Below, piece by piece: positions 42,039 through 51,598 of a stretch of 64,000 nt of DNA. Under the pieces are notes generated by a model. That model worked only from the letters and a program-made list of their open reading frames with translations, had not been told where the DNA came from and ran no database searches. The DNA comes from an uncultured Rivularia sp. (lineage in GTDB: Bacteria > Cyanobacteriota > Cyanobacteriia > Cyanobacteriales > Nostocaceae), in assembly GCA_963665115.1 (NCBI GenBank), contig OY762007.1, positions 352,001 through 416,000 of the forward strand, in the 5' to 3' direction. Position 1 is the first letter of the stretch. Each line of letters starts with the position of its first letter. The position numbers and the translations under genes were made by a program.

Positions 42039-42158
42039 TAAGTATTTAGGCAACATTAATTGTCTATTTGTCATTGTGGGTGAAACGAAGCATTCAACGT
42101 TCACCGGAGGTGCGGCTCATCTCTTATATTTAATTACCCCCCGCCTACTACCTACTTA
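42039..42158. mobile_element. Degenerate MITE-like element
   Basis: TAAGTA..ATTAATT and TTTAATTA..CCTACTTA ends; abuts the adhesin remnant. Confidence 0.45.
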
Positions 42159-42287
42159 TTACTGGTAATGCTGGTACCGGAGAACCAAATCTAACAAGCT
42201 TACCCGGTTCCACCGGAGAAGGTTTTGTAACAGTAATTAATATATTAACTAATGCTCACTAAAGCTAATATATGATAAAATTTATGT

Positions 42288-42884
42288 ATGAGTAAATATA
42301 TCCCGCTAAGAAAAGCGGTTGAACGGTTGGGATTGCATCCAAACACTTTAAGAAGATATGCGGATAATGGAGAAATCGAGAGTATCAAAAATAAAGCAGG
42401 GCAAAGATTGTACAACGTCGATTCCTACATCAACGGTGCAGCTAGAGCTACTACCATTTGTTACTGTCGAGTCAGTTCCAAAAAGCAAAAAGACGACCTT
42501 CAAAGACAAATCGAATATATGCAATCCCAATACCCGAGTGCAGAAATCATCTTTGATATCGGTTCCGGACTCAACTTTAAAAGAAAAGGATTGCGTTCCA
42601 TACTGGACAGATTATTGCTTGGAGATAAGCTCCAGATTATTGTTGCCTGTAGGGATAGATTATGCCGATTTGGATTTGAGCTTATACAGTATTTGGTCGA
42701 ACAAAACGGTGGACAAATCTTGGTTCTCGACAAAAATGTTCACTGTCCACAAACTGAACTCACAGCCGATATTCTCTCAATTATCCACGTCTTCTCTTGT
42801 AGAATGCACGGACTCAGAAAATATAGTCAAAAAATCAAAGAAGATAAAGATATTCCTGAATCGGCAGCAGAAAGCAATAATTAA
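42288..42884 (+). CDS. tnpA: IS607 serine recombinase TnpA
   Basis: N-terminal HTH; YCRVSS..QKDDLQRQ; DIGSGLNFKRKGL; DRLCRFGFE. Confidence 0.93.
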   Translation: MSKYIPLRKAVERLGLHPNTLRRYADNGEIESIKNKAGQRLYNVDSYINGAARATTICYCRVSSKKQKDDLQRQIEYMQSQYPSAEIIFDIGSGLNFKRKGLRSILDRLLLGDKLQIIVACRDRLCRFGFELIQYLVEQNGGQILVLDKNVHCPQTELTADILSIIHVFSCRMHGLRKYSQKIKEDKDIPESAAESNN

Positions 42885-43936
42885 AAAGTGGTTCGGAGTA
42901 AGTCGGTTTGTTTATAATCAAACTATTGAATATTTGAAGGAACCCGAGAATAAAGCAAATTGGAAGGCGATTAAAACAGGAATTTTAAATAGTTTACCAG
43001 ACTGGTGTTCATGTGTTCCTTATCAAATTAAGTCAATCGCTATTAAAGACGCTTGTCAAGCTGTTAGTAAAGCTAAAAAGGATTATAAGAAGACAGGTAA
43101 ATTTAATAATTGCAGATTTAGGTCAAGAAAAGCGATTATTCAAAGTTGTTATATCCCTAAAAGCGCGATAAATGAAAAAGGAATCTATTACACTAAGTTA
43201 GGACATCTAGAATATGGTGAATCTTTGCCAGAAAATATTTTAGATAGTAGATTAGTATGTGCTTATGGGGATTACTATGTGACTATCCCTATCAATGATA
43301 AGCAGTATAAATCCGATAACCAAGGAAGAGTAGTTGCTTTAGATCCAGGTATTAGAACTTTTCAAACTTTCTTTTCTGAAACTAGTTTTGGTGAAATTGG
43401 TAATGGTGCTAATTTAAAAGTACAGAAATTATGCTTTAAATTAGATGCGCTAGTATCAAAAATAAGTCAAGCTAAATGTAAACAAAAAAGAAGATTAAAA
43501 AAAGCTGCGAATAGACTTCGTTGCAAAATAAAGTCCCTCATTGATGAATTACATAAAAAGACTGCTAAATTTTTGGTAGATAGTTTCGACTTCATCTTAC
43601 TTCCGACATTTGAAACATCACAAATGTCTAAAAAAGCTAAGCGCAGAATTCGTTCTAAATCTGTCCGGCAAATGCTAACTTTGAGCCATTACAAATTCAA
43701 ACAATTTTTAAAACATAAAGCATTTGAATATGGTAAAAAAGTTTTTGATGTTAATGAAGCATACACATCAAAAACCGTAAGTTGGACAGGTGAGATTCTA
43801 CAAAAACTTAGTGGTTCTAAAGTTGTAACTTCTAAAATAGATGGACGTTTCTATGCCTAGAGATTTAAATGGTGCGCGAGGAATTTTTCTTCGTGCATTG
43901 GTTGATACGCCATCTCTTAGAGATTGTATTTGTTAA
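42358..43936 (+). CDS. tnpB: TnpB RNA-guided nuclease with rearranged RuvC (Fanzor-like); apparent +1 T at 43848-43850; start uncertain
   Basis: ALDPGIRTF; ILLPTFET; VNEAYTSKT; after correction DGRSMPRDLNGARGIFLR..CIC*. Confidence 0.85.
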
Positions 43937-44485
43937 CGAATGTTAGCAAAAAAGTATCGGTACCCCGAATAATTCTTACGGATTATTTCGGTTTACACTC
44001 AAAGTAAAACGTTAATTTTCAATTCTGCTTTTTTAAACCTGTATTTTCCCGGATGTTAGGTAATATCCGGGAAAATTTCTGCTATTTATTGTAATTTCAA
44101 TAGTTTTACGTAGATACAAATCATGATTTTATATGCAATATATGAAGTAAGAGAAAAATCTCATTTGGTTTAGTTGTTTTAATCTATGTCACTTGTGTTT
44201 TTGCATCCTGAAAAACATATTTCTTTTTTTAGAATATGCAATCTTGAAGTAAAGATAATGGTTCTACTATGATTAATAACAAAAAAACTTGATTGGAAAA
44301 TATTTTATGGGATTTGCTTGATTCTCCTGTAGGTAAGGAATGCGCCTCCTTGCTTAAATATATAAACATCCCATAACTTTGGCTGAATTGTGTGAATAAT
44401 TCAGGTTTTTTAATGTCATATGCTGCGTTGAAAAAGCATATGCCAAATTTATAAAGTTCGGTTCTAATTGTGACACGCGGCTTGA

Positions 44486-47285
44486 GTGAGTGCATCAATG
44501 AAATATATGTTAAAAGGGTTGTATCTTAGTAAATCTAAATTTACTAACGTTAAAATAAATATAAATATACAGCTGTTTAGGAGTTTATTTTTTACATTAT
44601 TTATTTTGAATCTGTGGACGTTAACAGCAAAAGCTGAAGGTTCAAAAGACTTAGTTGAAAAAGGCGGAGATAGACCTTATACAGAATGGGCTACAGCTAC
44701 ATCTGCAAATATTGAACGTAAAACCAGGCTCAAGGTTTTTGTTAAGAATGGAGAAATCGTAAATCTTGGCTCCAGCGTACATAATAGTTCTGATGGTAAA
44801 GATATAGTCTTTCGCAGTCCTTCTGGTGTTGAGCAAGTTTGTGATGTTCTGACATCTGGTGAAGGCTTTATAGATACCGTAGCTAAAGAAACTGCTGGTC
44901 CTTTACCCAATACTGGGGGTTATACACCATGTACCTTTACAGCTACAGAGACAGGAATTTACGATGTAGAATTTCATTCCCCTAAAACCAGTGGAGATCC
45001 ACCTGTTAGGTCGGTAACGCAACAATTCCCTACAGGTAATACACAAGGGCAAGCTGTAGCTGCTTGGGATATTACAGTTCGAGATGGTGCAAATACTAAG
45101 ATGGGACGGGTATTTACCAACTATGTTGCGATGAACATGGGAGCTAGCGGTCAATCTCTCAACTCAGAATTTTTTATTCAAACAAAAGATGGTTTTTTAT
45201 ATAAAACCGTAATGAATGGGGTAGACCCTTTCGGGTTTATTTTCTTTGGTAACAGCAGGGGATTTATTGACAAAACTGATAATAGTACCCTCTATCATTC
45301 TGCTAAAGCCAATAATAATCAATTATCTCCATTTCTAGGAAACGTTCAAGTACAGCGTCCCGATGTTGCGGATACTCCAACCGATATTACTCATTTAACA
45401 TTTTTCAATACTCCCGACCCGGAGACTCTAGATGAATTAGGGATTCCCCGTACACCAGCAATTCCAGCAACACCAACGAACTTTGAATTTACTGGTGGTA
45501 CTGGTGGAAGCGGAAACCAAACTTTTGTAGGTGTTGGGGGAAATTTCAGTTTTGATTCTACAAGCGCAGGTAGTTACGAAATTATTATTGACACGGATGA
45601 AGATGGTGTATTTGACCCCAGTCAAGATAGAGTCTTACAGAATATAGCTAATCTCGGTAGTAACGTCGTATCTTGGGATGGTCAAGATGCTGACGGTAAT
45701 AATGTGGGTCCTCGCGTTAATAACGACCCCTACAATGCCAGAATTAGACTGCGAACTGGAGAATATCACTTTCCCATGTTGGATGCGGAAAACAATCCTA
45801 ATGGATTTGTGATTGAAATGCAAAATCCACCGACTGCATTTCCCAATGGATTTAACGAATTTACTGTCTACTACGATGATGACGATTACACGACTAGTGA
45901 CGGTACACCTGTAAGCTTGGACGATAGCGGTGCGAGTAATCCCCGCAATGCTGCGACTGGAACTGATAGTTCTACTGGAGCGCACAGGTTTACTGGGGAT
46001 TACGGTGATTTTAAAGGAATCGATACTTGGTCTTATTTTCCTAGTGAAGGAACATCAACCAATCTGATTATCACCAACGATAAATCTGCAAATGTACGCG
46101 GTACTAAATCGGTACAGTTCTTTGAAGACAAAGATAGTAGCGGTACCGTGACTGTGGGAGATACCGTTGAATACACTATTACATACAGCAATAATGCTCC
46201 TGAAGCTACCACAGACGCAAATAATTTTACGATCCAAGATGATTTACCACCACAATTAACTTACAATTCATCTCAAATCGTTTCGCAAACAACTGGTAAT
46301 AATATTCAGCTAAATTCTTCCTATAACGGTTCTGGTGCATTAACTAATTCTGGTACTTTGAGAATTGATGATGAAATTACTATCAAAATAATCGCTACTA
46401 TTGATGATAGAAATAATGGAGACTCAATTAGCAACCAAGCTAACGCAACTTTCACTACACCCGATAACCCAGCAGCAACTGGAAGCGCTTTAACCGATGC
46501 TGATTCTGCGGGAGTTACCCAAGATAATCCACCAACTGTAGGGAGTGCTTTCAAACAAATTGATGATGATAGTCAAAATACCGGAAACGACCCCTTCAGA
46601 TACAGCAGATGACGAACCGACTCTTATCAATGTAGAAGAATCACCTGTGGTAAGCGGTTCTCCTAAGATTATTTTAGTGAAGAGAATTACAGCACTTAAT
46701 GGGGTTGATTTTAACGACTTTGTTGATGACCCCAATAGTGCTGACGATAATAACTCGAATTGGCCAGACTCCGATCCTTCAGATACAAATAGAAATGATT
46801 TTTTACGTGGAATTATTAGCGGTGCTTTGGTTCTTCCTGGTGATGAGTTGGAATACACAATCTACTTTCTTTCAATGGGTGAAACAGATGCCAGCAAATT
46901 AAGAATCTGCGACTTAATACCAACTTATACAACTTTTCTTCCTACAGCTTTTAATGGTTCAACACCTAGAGATGGTGGATTGCTCAATGCAAATTTAGGT
47001 ATCGCAATTTCTCTAGATAATACTAATTTTTCTAGCACTCCAACGGCTTTTATAACTAATATTGCTGATGGTGATAGAGGAGAGTTTTTCGATGCTGGAA
47101 AAAAACCATCTATGGATTGTTCTCGTAGCAATAATGGTGTGAATGACAATGGCGCTGTTGTTGTGAACATGGTCAATAAAGATAATGCTAACCAAGATAT
47201 TATACCTACCGCAAATGTTGACCAGACACAACCCAAACCAACTAGTTCCTATGGTTTTATCAGATTTAAAGTCAAAATTAATTGA
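44486..47285 (+). CDS. Adhesin E: signal, unknown head, complete DUF11, truncated DUF11 (apparent +1 frameshift at 46591-46594)
   Basis: AKA-EGS; GTKSV..GDTVEY..IQDDLP..ISNQANATF; LVKRIT..PGDELEY..ICDLIP..YGFIRFKVKIN*. Confidence 0.78.
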
Positions 47286-47349
47286 TAGTTAGAATCGGGC
47301 GGGTATTTCTGCCCGTACCGCAATAATTTTTTATTTTTTTCGATTAAAT

Positions 47350-48228
47350 CTATATTTTCTCAATTTCTTCAATATTTAACCCCGTAGTCTCCACAATTAA
47401 ATTAATATCAATTCCTCTGGCTTTCAAAGATTTAGCGATTTTGATCTGTGCTATTTTTTCCCCTTCTTTCATTCCTTCTTTCCTCCCCCGCAATTCTCCC
47501 GTTACTTCCGCACTTTCTATAATGCTAATTTCATATCTTCTATCTTCGAGATATTTTTGATATGCAGTTCTTTCCGCTGGCGATAAATTTTCAATCTTTA
47601 AATTATCTTTTGCTTGAGCCAATCCTCTGGCTTGAAATTCGTCTTTGATTTCACTATTTTTCAAGAAATATATCCACTCATCTAAACTATCTTTCGCTAC
47701 GTCGTTAAAGTTATTAACTCTTAAAACGTAATATTCTGGAAATATTTCGTAAACTTCTTCAATCTTAAATACCTCTTTCTGTAATTCTGAAGGTTCTAAT
47801 TTATCATTGATGTGAATTCCACAAAAATCTACTTTACCTTGATAAATATAATCCCTTCCTTGTCCCAGAGAAAAATAAACGATATTAATCGAATAAACTT
47901 TTTTTACTTTACCGTAAGCTTCCCCTTTACCAAGATATTCGCTAATTAATGCCGAAACTCCATACAGCATCCGATGAAAATAATCATTTTCTGGGCTGTT
48001 TTGAACTTCAATTAATAAAAATTCATCTTTAGTATTTTTAGCTAAAATATCAACTCTGTTAAGCTTGCTTTCTTCAGTTATTCGATTGCTTTCGCTTTCT
48101 AAAATCGACTCAATAAAGATATCTTCTTTTAATAACTCGCTGATAAAACCTTCTAGAACTACGTAATTAGCTTTATCGCGCAATAGTTTTTTGATTGCCC
48201 AGTCGAAGCGGATATGTGTTCCTGCCAT
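47350..48228 (-). CDS. Rpn-family PD-(D/E)xK nuclease, copy 1
   Basis: RFDWAIKKLL; RVDILAK..IEVQ; (G.KE)n tail; IAKSL..TGL..EEI. Confidence 0.87.
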   Translation of the reverse strand: MAGTHIRFDWAIKKLLRDKANYVVLEGFISELLKEDIFIESILESESNRITEESKLNRVDILAKNTKDEFLLIEVQNSPENDYFHRMLYGVSALISEYLGKGEAYGKVKKVYSINIVYFSLGQGRDYIYQGKVDFCGIHINDKLEPSELQKEVFKIEEVYEIFPEYYVLRVNNFNDVAKDSLDEWIYFLKNSEIKDEFQARGLAQAKDNLKIENLSPAERTAYQKYLEDRRYEISIIESAEVTGELRGRKEGMKEGEKIAQIKIAKSLKARGIDINLIVETTGLNIEEIEKI

Positions 48229-48244
48229 GATAATTTTTGTTTAT

Positions 48245-49147
48245 TTATAATTTGTCAATTTCTTCAACACTTAATCCTGTAGCTTTGACAATCAAATTAA
48301 TATCAGTTCCTTCTGCTTTCAACGATTTAGCAATTTTAATTTGGGTTTGCTTCTCTCCTTCTTTTATCCCTTCTTTCTTTCCTTCCTCTCTTCCTTCTTT
48401 CCTCCCCCGCAATTCTCCCGTTACTTCCGCACTTTCAATAATGCTAATTTCATATCTTCTATCTTCGAGATATTTTTGATATGCAGTTCTTTCCGCTGGC
48501 GATAAATTCTCAACTTTTAAATTATCTTTTGCTTGAGCCAATCCTCTGGCTTGAAATTCGTCTTTAATTTCACTATTTTTCAAGAAATAGATCCACTCAT
48601 CTAAACTATCTTTCGCTACATCGTTAAAGTTATTAACTCTTAAAACGTAATATTCTGGAAATATTTCGTAAACTTCTTCAATTTTAAATACCTCTTTCTG
48701 TAATTCTGAAGGTTCTAATTTATCATTAATGTGAATTCCACAAAAATCTACTTTACCTTGATAAATATAATCCCTTCCTTGTCCGAGAGAAAAATAAACA
48801 ATATTAATCGAATAAACTTTTTTTACTTTACCGTAAGCTTCCCCTTTACCAAGATATTCGCTAATTAATGCCGAAACTCCATACAGCATCCGATGAAAAT
48901 AATCATTTTCTGGGCTGTTTTGAACTTCAATTAATAAAAATTCATCTTTCGTATTTTTAGCTAAAATATCAACTCTGTTAAGCTTGCTTTCTTCAGTTAT
49001 TCGATTGCTTTCACTTTCTAAAATCGACTCAATAAAGATATCTTCTTTTAATAATTCGCTGACAAAACCTTCTAAAACTACGTAATTAGCTTTATCGCGC
49101 AATAGTTTTTTGATTGCCCAGTCGAAGCGAATATGTGTTCCTGCCAT
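48245..49147 (-). CDS. Rpn-family PD-(D/E)xK nuclease, copy 2
   Basis: Near-identical to copy 1 except the C-terminal tail. Confidence 0.87.
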   Translation of the reverse strand: MAGTHIRFDWAIKKLLRDKANYVVLEGFVSELLKEDIFIESILESESNRITEESKLNRVDILAKNTKDEFLLIEVQNSPENDYFHRMLYGVSALISEYLGKGEAYGKVKKVYSINIVYFSLGQGRDYIYQGKVDFCGIHINDKLEPSELQKEVFKIEEVYEIFPEYYVLRVNNFNDVAKDSLDEWIYFLKNSEIKDEFQARGLAQAKDNLKVENLSPAERTAYQKYLEDRRYEISIIESAEVTGELRGRKEGREEGKKEGIKEGEKQTQIKIAKSLKAEGTDINLIVKATGLSVEEIDKL

Positions 49148-49367
49148 GATTGTTTTTGCGATTGAAAGCGATCTGGGTTATTTTAAATTTTATTGTAGAA
49201 GAAATTAGACGGGCAGGGATGCCCACCCCACAAGAAATTTTTTTTTAATCATTAAAGATTTACGCAAAGCCCCCCTTTTTAAGGGGGTTGGGGGGATCTA
49301 AACGGCGCTAATAGTTATTTTATCGTTGCGGTTGCGTAAGTCTTGTGATTATTTAAAGCATAATCAA

Positions 49368-49625
49368 TTATCCCCCGCTAACGGGTGGAATTAATACAAC
49401 TTCATCTCCATCATTTAAAGGAGTATCTGGTTCGACAAAATCTAAATTTACGCCAAATCTGGTTACATCTCGCCACTGTTCGAGTTCGGGATGTTCTGCG
49501 ATTAAATGTTCTCTTACTTGGGATACTGGCGTATTTTCGGGAAATTCTAATGTTAGTTCTGGTTCGTCGTATGCTTCTTGATAAGCCGCAAATAGTTTAA
49601 CGGTAATTTTTATTGAATTGGGCAT
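49368..49625 (-). CDS. moaD: Molybdopterin synthase sulfur carrier MoaD
   Basis: VKLFAAYQE..DEVVLIPPVSGG. Confidence 0.88.
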   Translation of the reverse strand: MPNSIKITVKLFAAYQEAYDEPELTLEFPENTPVSQVREHLIAEHPELEQWRDVTRFGVNLDFVEPDTPLNDGDEVVLIPPVSGG

Positions 49626-49792
49626 GAGGAATTGGGGATAGGGGATTGGGCATGGGGCATTGTCTCCCTAATAATTATTATTATCGAAAAGAGTAAGGGC
49701 AGTAGTTTAGTATTTCATTCTTAAGATAGTGTGTTATCTCAAAAGCATCTTCTAAGCTGATAAGCTAAGTCACATAGCAAAAAGACAACAAT

Positions 49793-49982
49793 ATGAGCGA
49801 AGATACAGCAAAAAATCAAGCTGAAAAAAACAATCCCAAAGAAGAAGCACCAGAATTAAGTCCGGAAATGCTCGACAAAATTAAGCATCCCCCATCAATT
49901 AACAACACACTCCAGAAACCAATCCCCCGAAGAGCTAAAAGGCAACCCCGCAGTATCACCCGAAATGCTCGACGACAGGTAA
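49793..49982 (+). CDS. Small hypothetical protein (apparent +1 frameshift at 49924-49928)
   Basis: Correction gives ..KPIPEELKGNPAVSPEMLDDR*, repeating the earlier SPEMLD. Confidence 0.55.
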
Positions 49983-50171
49983 GCAGTTAGGAGTGAGGGG
50001 TTAGGAGTATCAAGTAGTGAGTAGTAAGTAGTAAGTAACGAGTACTACAAATGTAGTGGGAGCGTCTCGCTCCCTAGAAAAAATCTCACTCCCCATCTCC
50101 CCATCTCCCCATCTCCCCATCTCCCCATCTTCCCATCTTCCCATCTTCCCATCCCCAATGCCCAATCCCCC

Positions 50172-51101
50172 ATGCCCAATTCCACGTTCCCCATAATCTA
50201 CTCGGACGAATTTCTCGAACACCTTACCGGAAGAGGACATCCGGAAAAGCCAGAGCGTTTAAGTGCTGTTGTTTCGGCTTTGAAAGAAGTTGCTTTTTCT
50301 CAACAAATTGAATGGCGATCGCCAACTTCCGTAAACCAAAATTCGCCGCTTGCTTTGATTGAGGAAATCCATTCACCGCGCTATATCCGTAAAGTTAAGG
50401 AAATCGCTACCGATGGCGGTGGCTTTTTGGATACGGATACTTATGTTTCCCCACGCAGCTATGATGTGGCGTTGTTAGCGGTGAATGCTTGGCTCGATGG
50501 GGTAGATATTGTTCTAAAAACTGGTAAACCTGCTTTTGTGTTGGCACGCCCACCGGGGCACCATGCGGAAATCGATTATGGTATGGGGTTCTGTTTATTT
50601 TCTAATGCGGCTATTTCTGCTTTCCATGCTTTAAAAAAAACAGAAGTTAACCGTGTCGCGATTTTGGATTGGGATGTGCATCACGGTAACGGTACTCAAG
50701 CAATCGTAGAAAACAATCCCGATATTGCTTACTGCTCGCTGCATCAATATCCCTGTTATCCCGGAACTGGTAAAACTTCGGAACGGGGTATTAATAATAA
50801 TGTATTAAATTTGCCCATACCTCCCGACAGCGATATTAGTACTTATCAACCGGCATTCGAGAAAGAAGTACTGCCGTTTTTATCAAACTTTCAGCCAGAT
50901 TTACTCTTAGTCAGCGCTGGTTACGATGCCAATCTCGACGATCCATTAGCGCGAATGAATTTGCAACCACAAGATTACGGTTTATTTACGCAATATTGCT
51001 TAAAAGTCACTCCTAAAATAGTATTCGGTTTAGAAGGCGGTTACGATTTACCAACACTTTCTCAATCAGTAATAGCAACCGTTGAAAGTTGTTTGGATTG
51101 A
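50172..51101 (+). CDS. Histone deacetylase-family (AcuC/AphA) protein
   Basis: HPEKPERL, RPPGHHA, DWDVHHGNGTQ, LEGGY. Confidence 0.92.
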   Translation: MPNSTFPIIYSDEFLEHLTGRGHPEKPERLSAVVSALKEVAFSQQIEWRSPTSVNQNSPLALIEEIHSPRYIRKVKEIATDGGGFLDTDTYVSPRSYDVALLAVNAWLDGVDIVLKTGKPAFVLARPPGHHAEIDYGMGFCLFSNAAISAFHALKKTEVNRVAILDWDVHHGNGTQAIVENNPDIAYCSLHQYPCYPGTGKTSERGINNNVLNLPIPPDSDISTYQPAFEKEVLPFLSNFQPDLLLVSAGYDANLDDPLARMNLQPQDYGLFTQYCLKVTPKIVFGLEGGYDLPTLSQSVIATVESCLD

Positions 51102-51292
51102 GAATTGAGAATTGGGCATTGGGCATTGGTAATTGGTAATTGGTAATTGGTAATTGGTAATTGGTAATTGGTAATTGGTAATTGGTAATTGGGCATGGGG
51201 AGCATCTTGCTCGCTTGCGATAAGGGCATAAAAAAATCTTAGTTCTTTAAAAATAGTAGTGCGAGCATCTTGCTCGCTTGCCTGTTCTAGCC

Positions 51293-51415
51293 AACAAGAT
51301 GCATATCCTTACGGACACGCTGCGCTAACGCACTACTTAAATTTCACGATTTTCTAACGAGCAAGATGCATATCCTTACGGACACGCTGCGCTAACGCAC
51401 TACTTATAATTTCAC
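51293..51415. repeat. Tandem pair of SDR/REP-type elements
   Basis: CAAGATGCATATCCTTACGGACACGCTGCGCTAACGCACTACTTA twice; inverted relative near 41172. Confidence 0.7.
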
Positions 51416-51598
51416 GAAGCATTAAAGATTGTTCTAACTCCTAACTCCTAACTGTTAATTGATAAGCTGTTGTGCATTTAATTTGTATATTGCAAGCGGG
51501 CAGGATGCCCGCACTACAATAACTCTAACTGTGTCCCTTATTCAATCTAGCTACACATCAGCTTAATTGTTAATTGATAATTGTTCACTGCTCACTGC

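Larger units (their letters stand above)
42223..43960 (+). mobile_element. IS607-family insertion sequence (~1.74 kb)
   Basis: tnpA plus tnpB; GG dinucleotide at both junctions (42221-2 and 43959-60); no TIRs. Confidence 0.9.
42158..44015 (+). pseudogene. C-terminal remnant of another DUF11 adhesin, interrupted by IS607
   Basis: Excising the IS gives ITGNAGTGEPNLTSLPGSTGEG|TPNNSYGLFRFTLKVKR*, homologous to the A/B C-termini; hairpin follows at 44043-44076. Confidence 0.8.

Noticed and set aside
13846..46594. Phase variation of adhesins at poly-C tracts
   Set aside because: Runs are only 4-5 nt, always +1, and the same defect hits unrelated genes such as the MoaD-like carrier and tnpB.
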